From: Dipteris shenzhenensis
Taxonomy: Eukaryota
NCBI GenBank assembly: GCA_047967505.1
Contig: CM106538.1
Length of the DNA stretch: 64,000 nucleotides
Strand: one strand, 5' to 3'
Part shown: one piece after another, positions 21,422-32,990 of the stretch
How the letters are laid out: the number at the start of each line of letters is the position of its first letter
Position numbering within the stretch: position 1 is the first letter of the stretch
Notes under the pieces: generated by a model
The model's database searches: none
The model's input: the letters and a program-made list of their open reading frames with translations, nothing else
What the model was told of the DNA's origin: nothing
Translations under genes and position numbers: made by a program

Positions 21422-24165
21422 TTATCCAATGCCCATCAATACATGACAATACTCAAATTGATGACTAGGTAGACTCTTATCTATAGGGTTATCGTTTGTA
21501 TGAAACTTGACAAGCTCTATGCACTTGTCCTGAAGTACCTCCCTGATGAAATGGTACCTGACCTCAATGTGTTTGGTCTTTGCATGAAAGACCGGATTCT
21601 GTGCTAAGCTGAATAGCACTTATGGAGTCACTATGCAATATCGGTACAACTTTACGAATCCCCAAATCTCCCAGTAGCTGATCAAGCCATATAGCCTCCT
21701 TACAACCCTTTGTGGCTGCAACATACTCGGCCTCTGTGGTAGACAAAGTAATGCACTTTTGTGCACAAGACATTCATGAACTGCACTGCACCGCCTACAA
21801 AGGCCAACACATAACCAGAAGTGGATCTCCTGCTATCCACATGCCCTACATAGTATGAATCTGTGTACCCAAGTATACACATCTCTCCTCTGCCAAAGCA
21901 GATGCACATCTCCTTAGTACCCTTCATGTACCTCATGATGCACTTAACGGCCTCCCAATACCTCTTTCCTAGATTAGCCATATACTGGCTAATAACTCCC
22001 ATTACAAATGCAATGTTCGGTCTAGTAGTTATCATAGCATACATACGACTCCCAACCACTAATGCATAAGGAACCTTGGCCATCATGGTCCTCTCCTCAT
22101 CTGATTTGGGACTATCTTCCTGACTCAGTTTCACATATAGAGGCAATGGAGTACTTACTGCATTCCCACCACATATTGAAATGTTGCAACACTTTTGTAA
22201 CATACTCCTTCTACGCATACCAAGAATATGACCTACAGGTCCCAAATTTGTCCTTCAATGCATCCAGCGCATAAGAGTTCTTGCTATCCCCAATAGCATA
22301 TCATCCACAAAAAGTGCTAGGAGTATTAGGCTATTATCCTTAGCCCTTTTATTATAGAGGCAGTGACAATCTCACTTCTTCTGAAACCCTGGGACCGAAT
22401 GAAAGCATCAAACTTCTTATACCATTCTCTAGGCACTTGCTTAAGGCCATAGAGACTCTTTTTCAGCTTGCAAACCAAATGCTCTTTGCCCTTTTCTTCA
22501 AAGCCTTCTGGCTGTGCCATGTAAATTCCCTCATGTAGATCCCCTTGCAAGAAAGCTATCTTGACATCCATTTGCATAAGCTCCATATCCTCTTCTACTA
22601 CAAGTCCAAATACACATCCAAGTGTGGTCAACTTCACAACTAGAGAGAAGATCTCATTGAAGTCCACACCCTTCTCTTGCTTGAACCCTTTTCTTTCCAC
22701 GTGGCAAAGAAACCAAGTCCCAAGTCTTATTATTCATGATCGAATTGCATAGAATACTCCCACTTGCACTGATACTCGCATATCATAGCCTCTCTATAGT
22801 AAGAAGGCTCCCTGCAATCAATAAGCATCACATAGTCTACCCCTGGAACAAATCTCTACACTCTAGCTGATCTTCTCAAGGGCCTTTCAACTTGCTTTCC
22901 CACCTACATATCAGCCTCATTGGACTCATTATTTCCACCAATAGATGATCCATCATTTGCCCTTGATTGTGTACCTGTGGGAGTACTTGGTGGCACCATT
23001 TCCTTCACATTCGGTGCATGGACAACTTGTTGTCTATCAATGTATGTAGGTGGATTCACATCCTAAGAAGTGATTCTCCTAATTTCCACATCCCTCATGG
23101 GTGTCTTATGCATCTTTTCATTGAAGACCACATCATGGCTTTGTATGATTTTCTTTGCTTATGGATCCCAGAGATGATAGCCTATCTCTCATTTTCACCA
23201 TAACCCAAAAAGATGCATTTTCTAGACTTAGGATCTAGCTTCTTCCGAAGCTCTTTGGCACATGTGCATATGCCTCACACCCAAATATATGCAAATGAGA
23301 GTAAGAGGGCTTCTTGCCAATCCATGCCTCTTCAGGAATACCACCATCCAAACTCTTATTAGGTGATCTATTAATCACATGCACTGCAGTCTTCATTGCC
23401 TTAGCCCAAAAACCACTAGAAAGACTTGCATTGGAAAACATATATTGCAACCTTTCCTGAATGGTGCGGTTCATCTTTTCAACAACTGGATTTTGCTCTG
23501 GAGTACGAGGGGATGTGAGCTCCTTCTTGATCCCACGTGTATCACAAAAATGCTAAAAGTCATGAGAGAGATACTCTCCAGCATTGTCAGTCCATAGGCA
23601 TTTAAGCATTCTACCTTACTAATTTTCAACCAAAGCCAGCCATTTCTGAAATACCTAGAACACATCACTCTTCTGAGCCATAACATAAGCCCACATTTTC
23701 CTAGTTGCATCATCAATGAATGTCACATAGTATTCAACCTAGCCTAATGATCACGTAGGCATGGGACCAGATATGTCTAAATGCACCAAATCGAGCTTTT
23801 TAAGCTCTTTCTTTCCCCTTCTTTTATGGGCTGATTTAGTTTGCTTCCCATAGAGAAAATGCTCACAAAATTCAAAGTAAAAAAAACTCAAATGCAGTAC
23901 ATAACCCAAATGGCATAAGAGTTTCATTCCATTTTAGCTCATATGGCCCAACCGGTAATGCCATAAAGAAGTACTTGGTTTCTCGGTTATTGCAACAACA
24001 TGATCAGACACCCTTGATACATGTAAGGATACAAAGTGCCATACTTGGCACCCCTGGCTAAAAGCATAGAGTCCTCCTGAATTTTCCAACTCCCAAAACC
24101 AAAGATGGTATGAAAACTAGCATCATCTAGCTGACCTGTTGAAATGAAACTCTTGGTAAACTTAG
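21422..24165 (-). pseudogene. pol: Copia pol remnant (INT, RT, RNase H)
   Basis: RH: LSTTEAEYVAA, PVFHAKTKHIEVRYHF. RT: QMDVKIAFL, LKKSLYGLKQ, GYTDS. INT: MNRTIQE...FWAKAMKTAVHVINRSP. Frameshifts and stops throughout. Confidence 0.92.
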
Positions 24166-24169
24166 GCAC

Positions 24170-25171
24170 TGTTATGGATAAATTTGACCAAGGTAAAAGG
24201 CATAAATATGTGTGTGTGCTTGTATGTGTGGTAATAGTATAATAAAATATGGTGTGCATAGGGCCCAGGGTTGAGGTGGTAGGGCATGACCATGTGCCGC
24301 CCTTCCATGTAAGAGGACCCATAGGTGTGTTGTACATAATCCATGGTAGAAATATTATAAAATGTTAAGGTGGCATGGTTTTTCCATGTGCCACCCCTCC
24401 ACCTAGGCATCCCATGCCTGCATTTAGTGAGACATGGCCCAAGGACCATGGGAGAAGTAATATAAAATAGGTGGAGATGGATATTATATTGGATTATTCC
24501 CTCCATGTATGATAGGCCCATGTGGGGGGGGGTGTAGATAGTCTAAGAATGCAAGTTAAATAATGGGGAAAGTAGGATGAGGTGGCAAGATTCCTTGTGC
24601 CAACCCTCTACTTGTCCTCCTAGATGTTTGAACGTATTATAAAATTGGGAAGAGACCAAGGGAGTATCTTAGACTTGGGATATGGGGTTTGATTTATGTG
24701 GAAAAATGAGGCAAAGGGTTGTCGCACACAATTGAGAGTGCGTACCCACCTAGCCCACATGGGAGATTCCTCCACACACACCATGCATGTGGGAGGATGC
24801 ATTTATTGGGAGAGACCCCCTCTCTTGGCTATAAAAGGAGGAGGCTATTCCTTGATGTGACACGCTCATTCTTGTAAAGCCAGCATGCTAGTACCTTGAT
24901 TTCCCCCATCCTTCCTTTCAAATAAAGCATGACTCTCTTTTCTTCCCTTGATGTCTCCATCCATACATTCCACCTCCCATCATGTACATGCTCCTCTTCC
25001 CCTCTCCCTTCCTCTTTGTGCCATGGTCTCCCTCTTCATTCCCACCCCTATTAATCCCTTTTCCCCACCCATGTTAACGCTTCTCCCCTCATGTTCCCTC
25101 TCCCCCATGGCCCTCGAGCATCGCCATGCCTAGCATCTAGCCTCATGCCTTGATTTCTTTTCTAGTTAATA
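24170..25171 (+). repeat. 5' LTR of the nested Gypsy
   Basis: TGTTATGG...TAGTTAATA; repeated at 30874-31866. Confidence 0.92.
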
Positions 25172-25175
25172 GAAT

Positions 25176-25197
25176 TGGTGTGGCTGCTAGGATTCGA
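25176..25197 (+). promoter_or_regulatory. Primer-binding site complementary to tRNA-His
   Basis: TGGTGTGGCTGCTAGGATTCGA versus the complement of the plant cytosolic tRNA-His 3' end as recalled (TGGTGTGGCTGCTGGGATTCGA): one mismatch. Confidence 0.8.
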
Positions 25198-25309
25198 AAT
25201 CTTCGCGGCTAGTGGCATAAAATCCGTCAACATCCGTTACTCCTACGAGTGTGTGCAGTCTACGGCATCTTTTGCATGTGGTTCTCTCTTTCTGCGTCTC
25301 CAAATGATC

Positions 25310-25515
25310 ATCTATACACCCACCTTCTGGCATCTTCAAACTGAACATACACTTCTTAAGAAATTCCTTGTGAGAAGCTGATGGTTTTTCATACAATGTA
25401 TCTAACATGCTCATCAAGTCCTTTCTTGTGTTTTATTTAAGAAGATGAAATCCACTGATGTTGCCAAACATAGTCATATCATTCCTAGTGCCTTTCTATC
25501 AAGAACTTGCTAGCT
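25310..25515 (-). pseudogene. Copia gag fragment lying antisense in the Gypsy leader
   Basis: LMSMLDTLYEKPSASHKEFLKKCMFSLKMPEGGCIDDHL, a UBN2-type Copia gag motif. Confidence 0.75.
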
Positions 25516-26732
25516 TACAACTGACATACATGTAGACTTCTTTTTAATCCCACCTTTGACAAGAAAGTTCTGCTCGCGGTTCTCCATTTCTGTGGCTACA
25601 AAACTTCTCTATTTCTATGCCTCCAATCTGTGTGTCTTCTGCTCGCGGTTCCTGCGCATCCGCACATTTTCTGCTCACGGTTCGCATCCGCACATCTTTT
25701 GCTCATGGTTGCAAAACTCATGCTCATGGTTCCTGTGCATCCACGCATCTTCTGGTCATGGCTGCAAAACTCCTGCAACATACTTCACGCCCCTCTATCT
25801 TCTTCTCTTTCTCTTCTCTTCTCCTTATATTAAGGAGTGGGAATTGAACCCAAGACCTCCCCATTCACAAAAAGAAGACTTACCAATGGGCCAGCAAATA
25901 GGAAGTGATCAAAATGTAATGACATTGCTTATATGCTGAAATCTCATGAACTGTAACTCTCTAACCGTGGGGAGTTTCCTCTTGCTATAAAAAGCAAAAG
26001 TACACTTCATGTGCTCTATTCATATCTCATACTAGATTGCAGATTCTGAAATTTTTTAAGTTCACTCCTTGGACCCATGCTACATGAGGAGGGTGGATAT
26101 TTATGTCACTTCTCGACGAGTTCAAGGATTTGGTGCTGGGTCCTCTGCTCGTTATGGCTACCAATTGGCGAGATCTCTTTCTTGATCTTCATGTCGATCT
26201 TCAACAACTGATTGTACAATGCATTGCTCGAGAAGACGATGGGTGGGGTAATACAACTTGGATGGTTCAAGGTGAAGAACTAGTGATACACTGGGAGGGC
26301 TTTGATTCCAACCCTACTCATTGTGTGGTGATTGAGCTACTTGCTACATCGGAGGTAATTAAAAGGATGACATTCTTCCAAGGGTGGGATGATCCACAAG
26401 CTTGGGGGGAGATTTGGTGCATCTGCTTATTAATTTATATGGATAAGCTCGTCTTGAATGATTTCTTCTCAACCTCACTACAAAGGTTTCTGGGGCTCGG
26501 CTATGGTAATGTTTTGACCAAGGAACCCCTTTGTACCTAATCAACCCTTTGAGCCACATTTTGAGCTTCATGTTGTAATTCTTTTTGGTCGAAAGATAAA
26601 CTATTAACAAAGGATTGTAAGTTTGTTTAGTGCTGAATGTCTTGCTCAAGTATTAAATTCTCCCCACCCTGTCCTTCTACCTACCTTGGACTACCGAGAA
26701 ACCTGGGATGTTTAGATTTTAGTCTTGGTGTA

Positions 26733-27112
26733 ATGACATCTTGGATCCTTCAATTTGACGGAGCATACAAACCTTCGACCAAGGCTGCTGGTGTGGGTGT
26801 GAAGCTCACTTCACCGGGGGGTAAGGTGTATTGTTAAGTCTGCACCTGCAAGTACTTGCAACCAAGCTGAGTACTCGACACCCATTTTTGGGCTACAAAA
26901 GGTGCAAGAACATCACATCAAGTAACTTGAGGTGCGAGGAGATTCTCAACTCATGTGTGAACAAGTTAGTGGAAGGTGGAAGGTGCGGGAGTGAAGGCTT
27001 GGTTCCACGGCATCAACAAGCATTTGAACTTTGCAAACAATTTAAAGAGGTAAAAATTCAACATATCCCTTGAGCTCAAAATTTAGTTGCTGATTTCTTG
27101 GCACGTGAAGCT
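26733..27112 (+). pseudogene. Archaeal-type (additional) RNase H domain, aRH
   Basis: WILQFDGA.K...AGVGVKL.SPGG; TCNQAEY; LEVRGDSQLMCEQVSGRWKV; FKEVKIQHIP*AQNLVADFLAREA. All four acidic catalytic motifs are present, with small frameshifts and stops. Confidence 0.9.
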
Positions 27113-27689
27113 TGTACTTCAATCACGCATGAAACGAGTGGAAGCACCACCTCAACAAAGCCGCAAGCCATGAATGAGGGTGATCATTTGTAAGGAATGC
27201 AAAGATTGTGGTCATCATGAAACTAAATGTTGTGCATATTTGATACGAGTTTACCGACTTTAGAACATCATCAAAAAGGTCCTTAAGGACATTGCTCAAA
27301 AGAAGGATGCCAAACCGCACACCCCTTGAAGAAATAGCATGGCGACTACAAGAATTGAAAGAACTTGAAGGTGATGTGCAAGCTCTCCAACTGTTGACAT
27401 TTGTCATGGCATTCTTGTTTGCCTTGATGAACAACCCCATGCAATGCCATGTCTCTAACCCTCGCTTGTAAAGATGGATGCAATATCATGCCTTGACCAA
27501 TAAGGGTTGGTCCTTTTAAGATTGTCTATGAGCTATTCTATGCTAAAGATTCTTCCTGTATAGCGTTTCACAATACACCAGTCACACCCTACCCTGCCTA
27601 TGTGTGCTTTGTGGATGTATCTTCACCTGATTTTTAGTTCAAGCTATCTCTTTCCATTGTTTGCCAATAGATAAGCCTCATTTCGCCTC

Positions 27690-28670
27690 TCTCTTTTCCA
27701 TTTTCCAAGCATGGTTGTGGTCGGGTTAAAGAAAATCCAAATGAGTATCTTATGGCCTTCAAGCGCCGTTGTGTTTCTCTCAACTTTCTTACCAAAGATA
27801 GATGGTTGTTGGTTCTTTCCACATTTCTAGAGGGTTTGGCTCAAGTGTGGTATAAGAAGCAGGACGAGGACGTTCACCAAAGTTGGCCGAGGTTGACAGT
27901 AGCTATGATCAAGTATTTTGGCAAAGAAGATGAGCCGAAGAATGTGTACCTGCAGGAGACAAACTTGAAGCACTAAGAAGGTGAGACGGCGCATCGATAT
28001 GTAGATCGAGCAACTGTGCTCTTGGACTGTTTAATTGCCATGTAGGAGGACAATGTCAAATTTCAAGCTGGAATGACTCAACATGTGCTAGGAGCAAGGG
28101 ATGAATTCTGCCTCAAGCTTAAATGGGAGAATCTAGAGACCATGGTGCTAGCACAAGAGATTGCTCAAAAGTTTGATAAAGTTCAGTCTAACCCCGTTTC
28201 AAAGAAGACGGTTGTCCCTTTGCAACCCCCTCAATTCTTGCAACAACAACCTGGGGGGTTCAACTCAGGGGCATACCCCCACCACCCATCAAGGATGTAT
28301 CCACCACCTCCACCTCCAAATGTATGGTCCTCCCTTAGATGCTTACCCTCAACAAGGTGTATATCCTCAACCTCTGCCTGGAAAATTTCCCCAGCCTCGC
28401 CCACTAGCCCCCCTCCTTCCTACTCCCCTGACCCCTCCTGCTAAAGAACCTGGAGTCAATGACCTTGCCAAGGCCTTGAGATGGTGGGCATCAAAAATAA
28501 AGCCAATCACCCTCCAAGAGATGATCTTTGGCTTGAGATGGTGGGATGATCTTTGGCTTGAGATGGTGGGCATCAAAAATAAAGCCAATCACCCTCCAAG
28601 AGAACGTGCTAATGTTGTGTGCTACGAGTGCCACCAAAAGGGTCATTAACGCACCGAATGTCCCAATATT
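27690..28670 (+). pseudogene. gag: Gypsy gag
   Basis: ENPNEYLMAFKRRC...FLEGLAQVWY...SWPRL...EGETAHRYV; Pro-rich tract; CYECHQKGH*RTECP zinc knuckle. Confidence 0.85.
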
Positions 28671-29089
28671 CCAAGCATGAATCTTCTAGGTGAATCAAGC
28701 ACCGAGAATTGTGACATAGAGGTCCTTAACCTTGGGAAGAGAAGTCATGCTACCTCAGACCTCTCTCCAAACCATGGACCACTGGGCCGCCCAGGTAGAA
28801 GGTGTCCTTCTCAGAGCCCTCAGATGCTGAGATGGTAGACCCACCAATAGAGAAGACTAAAAGATCTCACAGGAGTAAGTGGTCGCCCTCAGATTTTCCT
28901 ATTGGCTTAGGGCAAGAAGACTATTCGGTCGTTCAGGACCTTGCTCATCGGTCTTTGAGCATCATGCTTTCTCAATTAATAGCATTAAGCCCTAAGGTGA
29001 GATGTGAGCTATAGCAAGGGCTCTCAACAAGGGGGAGCAAGAAAAAGGAAAAGGTACGAGAGATTTCTTCTAGCTCTGAAGAAGTTGAT

Positions 29090-30830
29090 CGGCACCGCAT
29101 ACAATAGATGTCATCATAGATGATTGCGGTATCAAAAGTGTGTGTGTTGATGGGGGAGTTGCATGTAATATCATGGTGCCTCGTATCATGAAGAAGTTGA
29201 ATTTGAAATGTACAAGGTGTTCCTCCACTCAAATCAAGGTAGCAGATCGTCGATGACTCGCCACCTTGGTCGAAACTGAATGACGCTACTCTGAGGTTGA
29301 CAAGCATGCCTTGTCTTTGGTGTTTTGCATTGAGAAATTTAAGCATTATGTGGCTGGAAAGTACTTCATTATAATCTCTAGCAATGGTCTTGCAAAGCAG
29401 GTTCTTTAATCACCAAATCCCATGGGCCGGTTGGCCAAATGGTTGGTAGTTCTATAAGAATATGATTTTTCTTTCAAAATTGTAAAGGGGGGTTGTTCCA
29501 ACTTGAAGAATCCTTTGATTGATTTAGAAGAGTGCCTTGATGTAACCCTTGTAGTGGCCATAGAAGTTGGGGATCCATGGTATGGTGGTATCTATAGGTT
29601 TCTGACCACTTTCTCCTTTCCTCCGGAAAGTACTAGCTATGAGAGAAAGAAGATCCATAGAGATAGTAGGCACTACACTCTCTTTGATGGGGTGTTGTAC
29701 CGTAAGGCATGGATGGGGTACTAAGACAGGCCATTGATGCAGATGAAGTACCTAAGGTATTGAAGCATTATCATGATGGATTTTGTGGAAGCCACTATGC
29801 CAGTGACTATACAACTAAGAAGATTTTACATGCTGGGTACTATTGGCTGACCTTGTTCAAGGATGTCACTATGTATTGCAAAACTTGTGAACCATGCCAA
29901 TTATTTGGTAGGAGGGATTTGTGTCCTGGGCAACATCATCCAGTGATGTCCACCCATCCGTTTCAGAAGTGGGAAATAGATTTTGTCGGACCCTTGCCCA
30001 TGGCTACCTGCAAAAAGAAGTATCTTTTGGTAGCCACTTAGTATGTCACTAAGTGGGCTGAAGCTATTGCCCTCCCCACTGCAAATGGTAAGGCAGTTTC
30101 AAATTTCATATTTGAACGTATCTGCACAAGGTTTGGGACACCCATGGAAATAGTATCTGCCCTTGGGAGTCCATTCTTAAATGAAGCAGTGGAGTTGCTC
30201 ATGGATCACATGGGTATTGATCATCGCACTTCTAGCATCTATTATCTAGCATCCATGGGATGAATGGAGCGGACCAATGGCCTCCTTTGTAAATCCATGG
30301 GAAAAATGGCCATAGGGTATAGGAGCCAGTGGGATCAGAAGGTCACTGAAGCCATGTGGGCTTATAACATCACTCATAAAACGTCTATAGGTCACACTCC
30401 TTTTGAGTTGGTGTACAGTACTGAGGCAGTTTTACCACTAGAGATAGAGATTCCGGATTAGCACAAGAACAGAGGATGACAGAAGATGAACATGTAGAAG
30501 CCAGGTTGGTACAACTTGAGAAGTTAGATGAAACCTCATGCCTTGCACTACATCAAATAGAGATCCAAAAGAATCAACAAAAGGCCCGCTTGGATGCTAA
30601 GATTCGCAAGGGATGGGAAAGACACTTTGCTGAGGGGGATGTTGTGCTATGCTTTGATAAAAGATTGGACCACCAAATGGATAAAAAGTTCCTTCCACTA
30701 TGGACCGGTCCATACAAAGTCATCAAGGAATGTAGCAATGGGTCTGTACAAGTTCAAGAGCTACATGAGCCATATGGCAAGAAGGTGATCAACAAGCGTT
30801 ACCTCAAGCCCTTCTTTGTGCATGATGGTC
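29090..30830 (+). pseudogene. pol: Gypsy pol remnant: protease, C-terminal RNase H, integrase (RT absent)
   Basis: PR: VCVDGG..CNIM...IKVAD. Then directly RYSEVDKHALSLVF...GRLAKWLVVL*EYDF (RH). INT: HDGFCGSH...GYYWLTLFKD...CEPCQ, WEIDFVGPLP, ERTNGLL, TPFELVY, WTGPYKV. No chromodomain. Confidence 0.9.
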
Positions 30831-30873
30831 CCAAGCATGGAAATGCTATGCATTCCCTGCCTGGGGGGGGAGC

Positions 30874-31866
30874 TATTATGGATAAATTTGACCAAGGTAA
30901 AAGGCATAAATATATGTGTGTGCTTGTATGTGTGGCAATAGTATAATAAAATATGGTGTGCATAGGACCCAGGGTTGAGGTAGCAGGGCATGACCATGTG
31001 CCACCCTTCCACGTAAGAGGACCCATAGGTGTGTTGTACATAATCCATGGTAGAAATATTATAAAATGTTAAGGTGGCATGGTTCCTCCATGTGCCACCC
31101 CTCCACCTAGGCATCCCATGCTTGCATTTAGTGAGACATGGCCCAAGGACCATGGGAGAAGTAATATAAAATAGGTGGAGATGGATATTATATTGGATTA
31201 TTCCCTCCATGTATGATAGGCCCATGTGGGGGGGGGTGTAGATAGTCCAAGAATGCACATTAAATAATGGGGAAAGTAGGATGAGGTGGCAAGATTCCTT
31301 GTGCCAACCCTCTGCCAACCCTGTCCTCCTAGATGTTTGAACGTATTATAAAATTCGGAAAAGACCAAGGGAGTATCTTAGACTTGGGATGTGGGGCTTG
31401 ATTTATGTGGAAAAATGAGGCAAAGGGTTGTCGCACACAATTGAGAGTGCGTACCCATCTAGCTCACATGGGAGATTCCTCCACATACACCATGCATGTG
31501 GGAGGATGCATTTATTGGGAGAGACCCCCTCTCTTGGCTATAAAAGGAGGGGGCTATTCCTTGATGTGACATGCTCATTCTTGTAAAGCCATCATGCTAG
31601 TATCTTGATTTTCCCCATCCTTCCTTTCAAATAAAGCATGACTCTCTTTTCTTCCCTTGATGTCTCCATCCCTACATTCCACCTCCCATCATGTACATGC
31701 TCCTCTTCCCCCTCTCCCTTCCTCTTTGTGCCATGGTCTCCCTCTTTATTCCCACCCCTATTAATCCCTTTTCCCCACCCATGTTAATGCTTCTCCCGTC
31801 ACGTTCCCTCTCCCCCATGGCCCTCGAGCGTCTAGCCTCATGCCTTGATTTCTTTTTTAGTTAATA
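30874..31866 (+). repeat. 3' LTR of the nested Gypsy
   Basis: Repeat of 24170-25171; first dinucleotide mutated to TA. Confidence 0.92.
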
Positions 31867-31870
31867 GCAC

Positions 31871-32990
31871 ATGTCTCACATTTTTAAAAAAAATGCATAC
31901 CCATTTACAAAAGAAACTATATGTCACCTACTCCCATTATATCACATGCATAGTTATTTCCAAGATGCACACAATTGGTCTTTCCATTGTCATAAGTGGA
32001 GAACCATTCCCTATGGGGAGTAACATGGAATGAAGCACCAGAATCCAAAATCCAATCCTAGGAATATGCATCATCTAAAGTGGTAAGCAACTTTGCAGGT
32101 AGACTAGACATGAATTGTCACTATCATTAGTGACTGCATTGATCTCCTCGATCTTCATTTTTCCTTTGTCTTCCCCTGGAATCTCTTCCTTCTTATTTGC
32201 ACCCCAATTTGCATTCTTTTTCTTATCTTTTTGCTCTCTTTTCAGCTTGTAGCAATCCTTTTTCATGTGGCCCTTCTTGCCACAATGGTAACACTCAATG
32301 TTCCGTGCCCTGGATTTTTACAAGACTTCCCTGTTTCTTGGGACTTCCCCCTGAACTTATGATCTGCCCCTTTGCACATTTAAGGTTGCATCTTGCTTAT
32401 TGCTATCCATAGACTTTCGTCTAATCTCCTCGACCAACAAGCTACCCTCAGAATCATCAAACTTCAGTAGTCTAGTAGGTGCACAGTTACCGAGAGTTGT
32501 ACGGAAGGTATCCCATGACGATGGCAATGAACACAAAAGGAATATTGCCTTAGTCTCTGCATCAAAATTCAACTTCTGAGCCTGAAGTTGTGACTGAAAA
32601 TAATATTGAATTCATTCAAGTGAGAAGCAATGGAGACCCCTTCCTTCATCTACAGCTCAAACAACCTCTTCAAGAGGTAAACTTTATTAGAGGCAGTTTC
32701 CTTCTCATAAGTGGCACGTAATTTCTTCCATAAATCTTCCGTAGTCTACTCATTTACTAATGTGAAATAAAATGACTTTGTAAGATGAATTCTAACAGTA
32801 GACTTTGCTAATGCATCCATAATCATCCTCACACAGAGCTGTAAGCATAGCTGCAATCGCTTCCAAGGGCTTAATCTACTTCTTTTGAATAAGTACATCC
32901 CTTATCTATTATTTCCATAGAGAAAATTTTGTCCCATCAAAATTTTTAAAATTAAAACTCTCCTTTTTAGACATGGAAGAGGATGCCACG
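31871..32990 (-). pseudogene. gag: Copia gag and protease remnant
   Basis: FKNFDGTKFSLW; AIFLLCSLPSSWDTFRTTL; C..CGKKGHMKKDC; WILDSGASFH (~32025-32054). Confidence 0.9.

Larger units (their letters stand above)
24170..31866 (+). mobile_element. Ty3/Gypsy non-chromovirus (Tat-like) element, RT-deleted, with an extra RNase H upstream of gag
   Basis: LTRs 24170-25171 and 30874-31866 (~1 kb, a few % diverged); TSD GCAC at 24166-24169 and 31867-31870, and removing the insert restores host Copia NVRHVPKF; PBS 25176-25197; poly-G PPT 30863-30872. Confidence 0.92.

Noticed and set aside
25833-25895. Idea that the Gypsy encodes its own tRNA-His primer
   Set aside because: The tRNA-like relic's 3' end (CCCACTCCTTAA) is not complementary to the PBS, so it could not prime.
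30761-31318. 185-aa ORF, with a shorter copy at 24162-24521
   Set aside because: Antisense read-through of LTR sequence; duplicated only because the LTRs are.
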